From positions 9,920,001-9,984,000 of the forward strand of contig OX597816.1 of the NCBI GenBank assembly GCA_951406725.2: DNA of 64,000 nt. The letters are read 5' to 3'. Position numbers and translations under genes: made by a program. This document shows, in pieces, positions 39,791-53,548 of this stretch; position 1 is the first letter of the stretch, and every line of letters begins with the position of its first letter. This DNA is from Octopus vulgaris. Taxonomy: Eukaryota. Under the pieces are notes generated by a model. The model did not search any database, was not told the origin of the DNA, and worked only from the letters and a program-made list of their open reading frames with translations.

Positions 39791-40431
39791 TTAAGTCACT
39801 TTATTCCTTTCACTTGTATTGTTATAGATGTATTGCTCTTTATTTTAAATGCATCTACCTTAAGGGAAAATGTGATCTTACTGGTTGCCCTTCTCTTAAT
39901 ATCAATATTTTCACATCTCTTTCATGAAAATTTGTATGTCTGACTGCTTTTGTTTCTCATGAAAGCCTTTGCTGCTAGTGATGCATTCCTTTGGGATTCT
40001 TCTGATATTTCTAGCTGACCTAGTTACCACATTGACCCCCACTGCTCAACTGATATATTTTTATCGATCCCAAAAAGTTGAAAGGCAAAGTCAACCTCAG
40101 TGGCATTTGAACCTGGAACATAGAGCCAGAAGAAATTTTTTTGCCTTCTTTGATGAAATTAATATAATTCTAAATGTCAAAACACAAACCCAAAGAAAAA
40201 AAATTTTTCCCATTGATTTTCTTTCCCTCATAATCTTCGATTTTTTTACTTGGTTCAGTCATGTAGACAGTGGCCATGCTGGTGCACCACTTGAAGAATT
40301 TTGACCCCAGTACTTATATTTTTAAAGCCTGGTACTTATTCTATTGACCACTTTTGCTACACAACCATGCCTGTGCCTTGAAGATTTTATCACAAATAGA
40401 GTAAGAGATTGCACAATATACAATCCAAAGA

Positions 40432-40630
40432 AGGCGGCAAACTGGCAGAAACATTAGCACACCGGGCGAAATGCGTAGCCATATTTCGTCTGTCTTTATG
40501 TTCTGAATTCGACTTTGCCTGTCATCCTTTCGGGGTCGATAAATTAAGTACCAGTTGCATACTGGGGTTGATGTAATCGACTGGCCTCCCTCCTCAAAAA
40601 TTTCGAGCCTTGTGCCTAGAGTTGAAAAGG
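40432..40630 (+). mobile_element. SINE family C (tail 2)
   Basis: Same head and core, but tail cctccctcctcaaaaatttcgagccttgtgcctag. Confidence 0.82.
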
Positions 40631-41219
40631 ATATACAGTCCAAAAAGAAAAAAAAAATCAAACCAATGTAATTAGGTGGAGAAAATAAAGGGTCCATATT
40701 TTTGATGCTGGTTGGTTGTCCAAAATGTCGAGCATTTTTCTTTCCTCATTGTAGCCACACTTGTTTTAAAAGCTACACTTCTATGATTAATTATTACTGG
40801 TGCAAACCCTTATCAGTTTCTCTCATTATGGATTTTACATTTGAAATAATGGAAAATTGAAATACTTTTTACATTAAGAAAGAGTGGTAAGAAACTCTCA
40901 AGAGAGCTGAACAGGTGAAGGTCTTCAGAGAAGCCCCTCCTACCTCAGGTAAGAGTTTCAGCCCCTAACCTCTTATGCCCTAAAGGGCAGGGCTGCATCC
41001 AGATTATGACTCCCGGGTATCCTTCTGCTGAGACTTTTAGCCATTTGGATATCAGAGACTTGTGTATTTAAATTGCTTGCAACTCCTCTCCCTTGACTCA
41101 GCTTTCACATTTAAGGAAGAATTATGTCAATTATCTAAATTTGAAATGAAATTGAAAGAACTTAGACCGAAATGCTATTTTTTTCTTAAGGCTATATACA
41201 GAATTCTTAAATACACCAC

Positions 41220-41760
41220 AAGACAAAATTACATCAAATTGGTGATAATGAATGTTCAATAAGTAAATTGTATGTAAGTGCAAGAATTTGCGAGGATCCA
41301 ATATTAGATAATCATTCCTTAATAAACTACAAGAATTCTTCAGCAATAAGTATTAAATAACCACTTCATAAGAAACCAGATTAATTAATGGTGATTGAAT
41401 GCCAGATGAGCAGGATATAAGGAACTGCATGTAATCTCTGATAATCCAATGTTAAACAAGCAATTTAGGAAGGAACTACACAGAATTAGTTATAATCACG
41501 GTTAAATAACCAAATTATAATGAGGTGTGTGGAACTGATGATTAACCAATTAATAGGAAACTTTAGGACTGGTGATAATCCAATGCTAATTAGCGAAATA
41601 TTGAAAACCAGATAAAACTGGTGACGATCCATTGTTAAATAACTAGAGTGTAAGAAAGTACATGAAATTAGAGATGATTGAATGTTAATTAAATAATTAA
41701 TAAGAAACTTAATGAATTTGGTGCCAATCCAATATTAACCAATTCATAAGAAATGTGAAG
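41220..41760 (+). repeat. Highly diverged ~48-bp tandem repeat
   Basis: Recurrent aagaaac..aattggtgataatccaatgttaa-like units; related units at 45545-45745. Confidence 0.6.
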
Positions 41761-41880
41761 AGGGTAAATATATTGTAACTGTAATAAATCATGTATTGTT
41801 TGGATGAATATAAAACTGCCTTCAATAGAACTGGTAATGTCTGTTATAGATGGAAATAAGCAATAACAAATATTTGCATG

Positions 41881-42618
<738 letters not shown>

Positions 42619-43080
42619 AGCTTAACATCTGTTTTTTCATGCTGTCATGGGTTGGACAATTTGACTGAGGTCTGGTGAACCAGATGGCTGCACCAGGCTC
42701 CAGTCTTGATCTGGCAGAGTTTCTACAGCCGGATGCCCTTCCTAATGCCAACCACTCCGAGAGAGAGAGAGTAGTGGATGCTTTTATGTGCCAGCGGCAT
42801 GAGCGTCAATTAGTTGGTACTGGCAACAGCCACGCTCAAATGGTGCTTTTTGTATGCCACCTGCACAGGAGCCAGTCCAGCAGCACTGGCAACGATCTCA
42901 CTTGAATGTTGTCTTTCACATGCCACCAGCACAAGTGCCAGTAAGGCGATGCAGGTAATGATCACGCTTGAATGGTGTGCTTAACGTGCCATTGGCACGA
43001 AGGCCAGCTTGTTGCTCTGGCAACGATCTCACTTGTATAGTACTCTTAGCGCTCCACTAGCAACGGATGCCAAGTCGCCG
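42619..43080 (-). mobile_element. Long family A element with ~6 internal repeat units
   Basis: Family A body plus repeated gtgcca..ggca..ctggcaacgatctcacttg units. Confidence 0.82.
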
Positions 43081-43091
43081 AGTTTGATTTC

Positions 43092-43142
<51 letters not shown>

Positions 43143-43147
<5 letters not shown>

Positions 43148-43403
43148 AAATATTGAATTTCTAAATCTCTCGTAGAGACATGAACGGTGGTGGGGCGATA
43201 GAATGGTTGTATACTGTCAATCTAACAAGAAGGTGACAGTAGGGGTACACCACGCTGTACAGCCCTAGGATGCTTCCTAGGGCTATACAGCGGTGGTGTA
43301 CCCCTACTGTCACCTTCTTGTTAGATTGACAGTATACAACCATTCTATCGCCCCACCACCGTACATGTCTCTACGAGAGATTTAGAAATTCAATATTTCT
43401 TAT
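43143..43403. repeat. Near-perfect 261-bp palindrome
   Basis: Arms 43143-43270 and 43275-43403, 4-nt loop tgct; two mismatches and one 1-nt indel seen. Confidence 0.95.
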
Positions 43404-43493
43404 TTTGATAATCAGTGAATAGACTTCACTGAGTATAGATATATACAATTACGAAGTCGAGACAAATATCACCGGTTGACCGGTGTCTGCTAC

Positions 43494-43538
43494 TCTAGGC
43501 CGATGAAGGACAACAATCCTGAAACACGTGTCCCTAGA
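43494..43538 (+). ncRNA. Minimal type I hammerhead ribozyme fold (core variant CCGAUGA)
   Basis: stem I tctagg/cctaga; core C(C)GATGA; stem II agga-caacaa-tcct; GAAA; palindromic stem III acacgtgt; GTC triplet. Confidence 0.72.
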
Positions 43539-43607
43539 TGCAGTTTCGGCGGCCGGGGGTGTTTGTCTCCCCTTCGTATATGTATATAAGGACACAGGAA
43601 AAATGTG

Positions 43608-43986
43608 TCTTCCCAACTAAATGGTTCCGAGTTCAGACCCACTGCATGGTACCTTGAGCAAGTGTCTTCTACTATAGCCTCAGACCGACCAAAGCCTTGT
43701 GAGTTTATTTGGTAGACAGAAACTGAAAGAAGCCCATCATATGTGTGTGTGTGTATTTGTGTGTGTGTCTCTGTGTCTGTGCTTGTCCCCCACAACTGCT
43801 TGACAACTGGTGTTGGTCTGTTTACTTCCCTATAACTTAGCAGTTTGGCAAAAGAATCTGATAGAATAAGTACTAGGCTTAAAAAAAAAAATTAGTGCTG
43901 AGTTTGATTCCTTCAACTAAAATTCTTCAAGGCAGTGCTCCAGCATGGCTGTAACAGTCTAATGACTGAAACAAATAAACAATAAA
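43608..43986 (+). mobile_element. SINE family B, 5'-truncated
   Basis: Match from the B-box onward. Confidence 0.85.
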
Positions 43987-44954
43987 AGTCTTGTTTATGC
44001 ACATAAGCATGCCTGGGGTGTTTGTCGTTTCAAGCCCTGTGAAAATATTATCTCATTTGCAAACAAATGGGGTTTAGTAAAGACAGTAAGGACATCTGAC
44101 TGTGGAAAAGTCTCCTCCCAAAATACCTTCTCTGAACCCTGCATGCATAGAGAAGTAGATGTTAAGATGATGATAATGTCGATAACAACGACGTCCTTAA
44201 ATGTTTGCTTTAAATATTAATGTGATCTACAGAGGAAGTTATTCAATAAGCAGGCAGCATAACTTTTTAAGCTCTCAATCATATTGTTTGAACAAAATTG
44301 ATACAGAATAACTTGTCTGCGATACAGATTAAACATTTGGTGTTTCCTGTTTAATTACTGGCTCCTGTCTTTGAAACTAAAGTTAATTCCTTCAAGGAAA
44401 AGCAAATGTAATATAAGAACCATTTCACTCTGTCTATAGAAACTTGTTATAGCCTGACTTTAATACAAATTATTTGTTAAATTTTAAGTTAATAATAACC
44501 AGGCGTAGGAGTGGCTGTGTGGTAAGTAGCTTGCTTACCAACCACATGGTTCCGGCAAAAATATTTAAGCCAAAATCTCCATTCAGGCTGGCATTGATGT
44601 TATCAGAATTATCCGTTCCCCTCAAAACTATTAGAATCATAAGAGCATCTCAGAAATAGACCAAGCAGCAGTTGCTCCAGTTCAAACCCTGCTAAGGTAA
44701 AGTTTGCCTTTTATCATTCTGGGTTCGATGGATATTAAATTATCCCTTGCCCTCCAAACTACAGATGTGACAGCAGCAATGGTGGTGAAGGCAGTGAGCT
44801 GGTAGAACTTCATGGCATTTCTTCCGGACCTTCATACTCTGAGTTCAGATCTGCTGAGGTTGATTTTACCTTTCGTCCTTTCAGGGTAAGTAAAAACTAA
44901 GCACTAATTGAACAATTGACCACTTGGATAGATGTAATAAACATTACCCATTAT

Positions 44955-45165
44955 TCTTTTACTCTTTTACTTGTTTCAGTCATGCGACTGTGGCCATGCT
45001 GAAGCACCACCTTTAGTCGAGCAAATCGACCCCGGGACTTATTCTTTGTAAGCCCAGTATTTATTCTATTGGTCTCTTTTGCCGAACCGCTAAGTTACGG
45101 TTGTCAAGTGATGTTGGGGGACAAACACAGACACACAAACACACACATACGCATATATATATATA

Positions 45166-45222
<57 letters not shown>

Positions 45223-45348
45223 CGGGCTTTTTTCAGTTTCCGTCTACCAAATCCACTCAGAAGGCTTTGGTCAACCCGAGGCTATAGCAGAAGACACTTG
45301 CCCATGTGGTTGGTAAGCAAGCTACTTAACACACAACCACTCCTGCAC
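44955..45348 (-). mobile_element. SINE family B with internal deletions
   Basis: Reverse-complement match. Confidence 0.85.
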
Positions 45349-45864
45349 CAATAGTGAATTTTCCTCCAGTAAAAACGTTTACAACAAAATATCCTAAACT
45401 GAACATCAGTGTTAGACTAGTACTATGTATTGTATCTGAAATGGTGAAAGATACCCTTGGCCTTGGCAGAATCTAAAGTGTCACAACAAATATTATAAAG
45501 AATTATCTTTGTTCCAGCAATGTAGCAAAATCATTTGAACTGCAAAAATACATGAAATGGTTGATGATCTGATGTTTATCAATGAATTTTAATTGAAACT
45601 ATACAAAATTAATGATGACCTAATGTTAAAAATATATACCCATTTTATCAGGAACTGCTGGGAATTGGTGATAATGTCACGTTAAATGAGCATTTTATGA
45701 GAAACTGAATAAAGTTGGTGATCCACTGTTCAACCAATTCAGAATAAATTAATAGTTTTTCCAATTATTATAACAATATTTATAAATCACTTGTAATACA
45801 AATCAAACATATGATTATAAACTCTCATTAATAAAGTTGATATCTCTCAGAAATAAAATGAAAA

Positions 45865-46257
45865 TCTTTATATATAAAAGAGAGGTTGTGTGCTGTCTGT
45901 CTCCTACGATTTAGATTCCTAACTACTCCCACATTTTGCGGTGCAGTTTAACAAAAACCGGGTATCTTATAGTCGTGATTCATATCGAGCCCTTCTGGGT
46001 ATTAGCACGCATCTACGATGAGTCTACGATTTTAAAAAGAATTTACCATCAATTTTTCCCATTTTTAATGCATTTTTGGCATATATAAGGGAAGTAACTC
46101 TCTAAAAATTTATTATTAAATCTCAGAACGTAAAAAGCTACAGTAACCCCCCCTTGTGGTTAGCCATATTGAGATGGCTATTATACTTTACATCTCTAAA
46201 AATGCTTATATAGTTATTTCCCTTACAAACCCGAGCAATGCCGGGCAATACTGCTAG
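45865..46257 (+). mobile_element. Non-autonomous Helitron
   Basis: A|TC start, subterminal hairpin cccgagcaatgccggg, CTAG|T end, no TSD. Confidence 0.88.
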
Positions 46258-47189
46258 TATATAAAATCAAAATGTTTGTAGGGAAGTAGTAAGGAAAATA
46301 ATTTACTGAAATGGTTTAAAGAGGGAGGAGTGTCACTATCAAAAACTATATAATACAATCAATTAGGTCAGATTTTAAAGGCACAAGTGTCGTGTATGGG
46401 GTATATGTGTGTGTGCATAATTGCTTCATTATTAGATTAGAAAGTACTCTTTCTCTGGAATTATTGTTTAATCGATGACCATCTAATCTATCAACTCAAT
46501 TCTATTCGATAAAATAGCAAATTTACAACATTTCAACCGAAAGCCAAAAATTGAGTTTGAACAAATTCTTTCTATTATAAATGCAAGGCCTAATATGACT
46601 AATATCTTCTATAAAAAAAAGAAAAAAAAGCCTTCTCAATTGGTCTGATATTTTTTAATAAAGTGAATATACTCAATTGATGGTTAGCTAAAATTCATCA
46701 TCATCATCATTTAATGTTCTATTTACATGCTTGCATGGGTCATTCTCACCCTTTGTGATTGACCATTTATCTAGATTGACTGTCCATTATATTGCTATTA
46801 TGGCTATTCCATTCATACCCCTTATCTCTACATCTCCCTTTCCTTCCCTTACTCCTCCCTCATGTCTTACTTGCCTCTTGTCTTTCTATTCTCCTCATCC
46901 CTTATTTTAGTGTTGTTGCTTTATCTTTTATTCCTTGTGACTATTTTATTAATATATCTTCCTCTTCTTGATTAGATTATCTACCTGTTTAATTAACAGT
47001 TTATATATAAAGTCCAAAGGAAACGGTATTTCCTAGGGTTAAATAACAGTGGCGTTCTTCCCTTTCATGGGACTGTCACATTAAGTTGACAACATACTAT
47101 AAATTTATTTCTCTTCATGATGGTCTAAGAAGTTCACATATGTTACACGTGTGCTGTGATGATGTTGATGTGGAGCGAAGTAGTCTTCT

Positions 47190-47530
47190 GTAATGAGAGA
47201 AGTCTGAAACGTGGTCCTTTGCTATTCGTAAGACCTGCAGAAGAGAAAGCAGGTCAACCCCCGACACCGAGAGCATCGACGGATGAATGAATGCGCATTC
47301 AGGCTCAGCGGTTGTGTAGGAAGTCGGGGACATGAAACAGGAAGAAAGAGTGAGAGAAAGTTGGAGCGAAAGAGTACAACAGGGGTCGCCACCACCCCCT
47401 GCTGGAGCCTTGTGGAGCTTTAGGTGTTTTTGCTCATTAAACACACACAACGCCCAGTCTGGGTATCGAAACCGCAATCCTCCAACTGCGAGCCCGCTGC
47501 TCTAACCATTGGGCCATTGCGCCTCCACCA
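47190..47530 (-). mobile_element. tRNA-derived SINE family E (tail type 2)
   Basis: Head and core shared with 22081-22412; unrelated 3' half. Confidence 0.82.
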
Positions 47531-48062
47531 CCTGTGCTGTACTGTTTCATATGAAGTAACTTGCAATAATATACCTTATGTATATATATAGACACAATGC
47601 ACACAACTGCTTCTAGTAATTGCTTACCCCAGAAACAGCTGTAAAGAGCTACTTGCACTTTCCAATGCATTACTTGCAAGGCTTTTGCTATTTAACCAAT
47701 GGATTTTACATACAATCTAGGTTGAATCAACATGAAGGACTATTCAAAAATTCTCCTCAATCTCATTAATGACTTTGATGTATGAATTTCTTGGATTTGT
47801 ACCTGCTTATGCTAAACCAATTTGAACTTTCACTTGCCAAATTTTTCTTGGCTTTCTGCTAAGTTTATATATATTTTGTACTCTCTTCTGTATAAATCTG
47901 ATAGAAATCTCTTCATGCCTTGCAAATCTTCCTCTGTCTTTTATTCTGTTATATGTGTATGTACTTGTATGCACTTATTGACCCCAAAAGGATGAAAGGT
48001 ATAGCTGACTTCAGTGGGACTTGAACTCAGATCGTAAAGAGCTGGAATAAAGACTGTAAAAC

Positions 48063-48475
48063 ATTTTCTGTCACTGTAGCAATTCTATCAGTCTAGCAGT
48101 TCTGTCACTCTAGTAGTTCTGCCACTAGCAATTCTGACACTCTAGCAATTCTGACACACTAGCAATTCTGTCACTCTAGCAATTATGACACTCTAGCAGT
48201 TCTGTCACTAGCAATTCTGTCACTCTAGCAATTCTGTCACTAGCAATTCTGTCGCTCAAGCAATTCTGTCACTCTAGCAATTATGACGCTCTAGCAATTC
48301 TGTCACTCAAGCAATTCTGACACTCTAGCAATTCTGTCACTCTAGCAATTCTGTCACTAGCAATTCTGTCACTCTAGCAATTCTGTCACTCTAGCAATTC
48401 TGTCACTCTAGCAATTCTGTCACTCTAGCAATTCTGTCACTCTAGCAATTCTGACACTCTAGCAAGTCTACCAGT
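48063..48475 (+). repeat. Minisatellite, 17/15-bp unit tcact(ct)agcaattctg
   Basis: About 24 tandem units visible. Confidence 0.95.
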
Positions 48476-49464
48476 CTACTGACTTTGTTTCTTCAATAAG
48501 ATGAATGGTTCGCTCAAAAAGCTTTAAGTCTTGAGATGTTGTTTTTACCAGTTCATTAGTAAATTAAGTGAAGCAGTTTCAACTGGGAATTGAAACCCCA
48601 TGGCTGACACAACCTGTTTGAAAGTATCAAGCAACACAACGAAACACTTTCATCCACAAAAACGGTGAGAATTTCTAGATTAAGCATGGATAACATGCTT
48701 TCTAGGGAAGATGGTTTTTTAATTTTATTTTTGTTTTTGTCCCCTCAAATAACATTAGTACAATGAATGGAAGAATTCCTATTGGGAATAGGAAGAACTA
48801 CATTATTCAATAGAGCAGGAACTTAGTGTTACACCAAAACTAATATTATTAATAATGATTTCTCAGATTGGCACAAAGCCAAAAATAATTTCCAGAGGAA
48901 GAGACACTATGAAAGCTACTGCTCCACATATACAACAGGTGGTGCTTATAGTTTAACCCCAGAGGAATTAAAAACAAAGTCGACCGTATGGAGAATGCTA
49001 AATATGCTAAGATAATCCTATACTTTATTTCTGCCACGCCGACCCTGTATTAATAATTCATATTACAGGCTTATTTTTTATTTGCTATTTATTTTTATTG
49101 CAATTTATTTTTTGTTTCTTTTTCTAAGAAATTTTGGATTTATAGAAGTATTGAGCTATTTATTATTGCCATATTTTCTCACAGAAACAAACAAATGGCT
49201 TTGCATAATTCATGAGGAATTTAGTGTCTTTCATAATCTTTCAGGAATAAATTTCCCATTGCAAACCTTCTTTGATTTATAAAAGAAATACTAAGAGGAA
49301 TGTTGGTACTAATTTGGTTGATTAAAAAAAAAACAAAATAAGCCATAAAAAAACATAAGGCCAAGAGAAAAACGATAGTTTGAACACAGAACTGTAAATT
49401 TGATTATCATGCAATTTATATTTGTACGCTGTTAGTCACCACACTATCAATTTGGTGTAAATAT

Positions 49465-49867
49465 ATTCTTTTCTACTTTAGGCTCAAGGCCCAAAATTTT
49501 GAGAGAGGGGGTTCAGTCGATTAGATTGACTCCAGTACGCAACTGGTACTTAATTTATTGACCCCCGAAAGGTTGAAAGGGAAAGTCAACCTCGGCGGAA
49601 TTTGAACTCAGAACGTAATGGCAGATGAAATACCTATTTCTTTACTACCCACAAGGGGCTAAACACTGAGAGGACAAACAAGGACAGACAAATGGATTAA
49701 GTTGATTATATCGACCCCAGTGCGTAACTGGTACTTATTTAATCGACCCTGAAAGGATGAAAGGCAAAGTCGACCTCGGTGGAATTTGAACTCAGAACAT
49801 AACGGCAGACGAAATATGGCTACGCATTTCGCCCGGTGTGCTAAAGATTCTGCCAGCTCACTTCCTT
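49465..49867 (-). mobile_element. SINE family C dimer (tail 1 unit then tail 2 unit)
   Basis: One head, two cores, two different tails. Confidence 0.85.
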
Positions 49868-50113
49868 CAACCTGGTGTAAATAGTAAAAACAAGAACAGT
49901 ATAAATTCTAGCAATGAAAAATTCTCCAAAAGAGTGAGACTTCCTAAGGCTGCTTGTGGAAACTCCACAAAACCACAGTTGCCCTGACTACTAGGGTAAG
50001 TGCCCTTTCCACACTGTCTTCCTTCAATCTACCGGTGCATACTCAAAGTAGGCCCCTTCACTCAGATCATTCTTGCCACATTCACTCACCTTTTGATAAA
50101 ATTGCTGGGAAGC

Positions 50114-50153
<40 letters not shown>

Positions 50154-50496
50154 GCTTCAAATTTTGGCCCAAGGTCGGTAGTTATTGGTGGGGATATGTA
50201 AGTTGATTACATCAATCCTTGTACTTGACTGTTACCTATTTTATTGACCCCAAAAGAATGAATAGTGAAATCAACTTTGGCAGAATTTGAACTCAGAACG
50301 TAAAGATGGACGAAATACCACTAAGCATTTTGTTTAATGTGCTAATGATTCTGCCTGCTTTTTGCCTTAATAATTTTTCCTACTATAGGCACAAGGCCTG
50401 AAATTTTGGGGGAGTTGAGGGCAGTCATTTAGATCAACCCTAGTATGCAACTGGTACTTAATTTATCAATCCTGAAAGGATGAAAGGCAAATTTGA

Positions 50497-50900
50497 CCAG
50501 GAGGCCAGAAATTGGGGCTGGTGAAGTCAGAAATTCTTTGACAACCACTTCTGAAGTAAGAAAAGGAGCTGAATCCTGCTGCCACATGTATAGCCTTCCA
50601 GCAGTGACCCTCTCCAGCAAGAATTTGACCACAGCCTCCAGTAGTTTCATGTAGCCATCTGAATTGAGCCACCTGTTTGAAGGTGTTGGGTGGCATGATT
50701 TCATCCTTACTACAGACACACCCAAAGACCACCACATTTAGGGGAAACCTGGTTTTCATGATGTCCAGGTCATATCTTGCAACCTTTACAATGTTTGCTG
50801 AGTATTCGAAAGTAGTTGTGATGTCAGCATTTTGACACCTGGTGCGATTCATTAAGATACAGGTAGATCCTTTCATATATCCAGGTGGTGTCCAGTCATT
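50497..50900 (-). pseudogene. Tc1/mariner (maT/DD37D-like) transposase fragment
   Basis: MKTRFP..VVVFGCV.S..EIMPP, YMKLLEAVVK, YMWQQDSAP, PNFWPP; frameshifted and internally deleted. Confidence 0.75.
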
Positions 50901-52260
50901 GATATCAGCTAACTTTTTCTCAGCCACATCTTTAATCTTTGGTCGACCCGAGACTATAGCAAGAAGACATTTGCCCAAGGTGCCGTGCAGTGGGACTGAA
51001 CCTGCAACCATGTGGTTGCTAAGCAAGCCACTTACCGCACAGCCAGACAAACAAAAAAGGAAGCAGTGCTATTTTGCTGTAGTTTCGCTCAGATTAAAAC
51101 CTTCAAAATTCCTGATTCAAGAGATATAATTGATATTCATGACAATAATGTTAACTTACCAAGACTTATTGAAGTAATTGTAAAAGAACCAGAGCATAAC
51201 CCATTGTTTTATGCCTGGAATAAGTAATATTTTGTTTGATTGGAAAATATATTCAAGAAAGAATTAAGTAAAAGAAGAGAAAACAATATTGACATAAAGA
51301 AACATTTTATAGATAAAAATACATAGTTTTAAATTGTTTTTACTTCCGTATACATTTTATACAACAAGCAACAGATAGGAAATTTTGACAATCGAACAGT
51401 GTTTATGAGTAAGTAAGCAGTGATATGACAGCTTGAGTGTGAGAAGGCTGCACCAGTGCTTGACTTAGAGTAAACTGGAGTGATGTGAGATGATGTACCT
51501 TGCTCAAGAACATGTGCCGTAAAGTTCAAGAATTCGACCCACAACCTTATGATTATAAACTCCATACCCTAACCAAGTGTCTTCCCCATTAGCAACTGTA
51601 GAAATGGAAAAAAAAATTAGTCAATTTTAGTTGAGTGTCTATTTTAGATTAGGATACTGGATGCCAATTACCATTGTGGCAGATAGCTGATAGCTGGAGT
51701 GTTGCATTAATAACTTGAGTGTTAATACAGTGTGGTTATGAATAAATGTTTTGGTAAGTCATAATGTTTAACATAAAATAAATCAAGCAGGGAAAATGTG
51801 CATCATGTTCAAGCTTGTGGGATTAATAACCTCTTAGAAGCTGCCAAGAGGTTATTAACAGAATTAAGAGGAGTAGCAAAATTTCCTTAATAAGTAGACA
51901 AATATCAAAAGGATGTGTTATAACACTGTTCCACATATACACAAACAGCCACACCAACAATCAAACATACCCCCATCATCAGCTGCCCCACGGATATCAT
52001 TATGGTTTCGACACCTGGGAAGTACCATTCAATCTGGCGGTGTCAACAGCACTAAAAGTGCTGTCTGGGAACAAACATACCAAAAACCAAAACACACAAC
52101 TTTCAAACACATTTACCCGTATGTACAACTGTATTCAGTCTAAATAAAGGTAGGATTAAACACTAACTTTAAAAGTAAACGGCAACAAGAAACATATAAA
52201 TCTACGTACATCTGTATCGGTATTAATAGTAAACCTACAATAACTAAATTATATATTAAA

Positions 52261-52561
52261 CTAGCAGTATCGCCCGGCGTTGCTCGGGTTTGTAAGGGAA
52301 ATAACTATATAAGCATTTTTAGAGAGTTACTTCCCTTATATAATAGCAAAAAATGCATTAAAAATGGGAAAAAATGATGGTAAATTTTTGTTTAAATCGT
52401 AGACTCATCGTAGACGCGCGCTAACACCCAGAAGGGTTCGATATGAATCACGACTATAAGATACCCGGTTTTGGTTAAACTGCACCGCAAAATGTGGGAG
52501 TAGTTAGGAATCTAAATCGTAGGAGACAGACACCACACAACTTTTCTTTTATATATATAGA
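52261..52561 (-). mobile_element. Non-autonomous Helitron
   Basis: Same termini as 45865-46257 on the minus strand; A|T target. Confidence 0.88.
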
Positions 52562-53025
52562 TAGCGACCAATCTTTAAGTCCATACAAATAATAATCGCA
52601 TCAGGCTTCCATAGTTACTACTACTATAACAGAAAGTGAAAGCTTTATTTCAATTCTCTTCAAAACAAAAAAACGATTGAATTTAATGAAAAATATAATA
52701 ATTATGAGTGAAATACGTTATTTCATCATTCAAAAGTTAATAATAAAAACACTACATACCCTTAATAAATATTACCCTTACAAGCTATAATGTACACGTA
52801 TCAGAAACAAATAAAAACAATAAATTTATAAGTAGGAACTAATAAACGTATACTTGTAATTAACTATTATTATAAAACTTGGATCTTTTCGGTTTGAACG
52901 GCAGTTTTTTCTAGCGGCGTCATATGAAATTGTCACCCATAATTATGACCCTAGTATCGATCTATTGCATTTCTATCTGTTTTAGGGTTAGCGTTAGGGG
53001 TGGGGGGAAGGTTATCTTTTTTTTG

Positions 53026-53416
53026 GGCACTGTCATGCTATTAGCTGTCAGAAGTGAAAGTAGAAAAATCTGACGTCAACTTCGTGTATTTACGTCAGGT
53101 TTATACCTTCGTTAATTTACGCCATTTATTATTGTTTTTAAAAAAAGAAATCACACCAAATCTGCACAAATGACCACCACCACGATCACATACACCAATA
53201 ATACACACGTGTGTATGTATATGTGGCTATATGTCTGACTAATGTGTGTGTGTGTGTATTTATTGTATGTGTGTATAAGTAGTTATATGCTTATATTATC
53301 CATTATAGTAATATTTGTCTGTTGAAATCCGTTTTAAGGCGGTCAATAGTTTAATTAAAGATGTGTCTATACATGTATATATATATATATATACACATAT
53401 GTATATATACATGTGT

Positions 53417-53492
<76 letters not shown>

Positions 53493-53548
53493 ATATGTAT
53501 ATATACATGTGTATACATATATATATACATGTGTATATATACAGTGCC
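53026..53548. mobile_element. Putative MITE with 8-bp TIR in a poly-T site
   Basis: ggcactgt / acagtgcc termini, T-runs on both sides, internal (TA/CA)n. Confidence 0.45.

Noticed and set aside
48063-48475. CRISPR-like array
   Set aside because: Contiguous tandem units with no unique spacers; eukaryotic context; no cas genes
52982-53000. Telomeric repeat
   Set aside because: Only about three imperfect units embedded in another element
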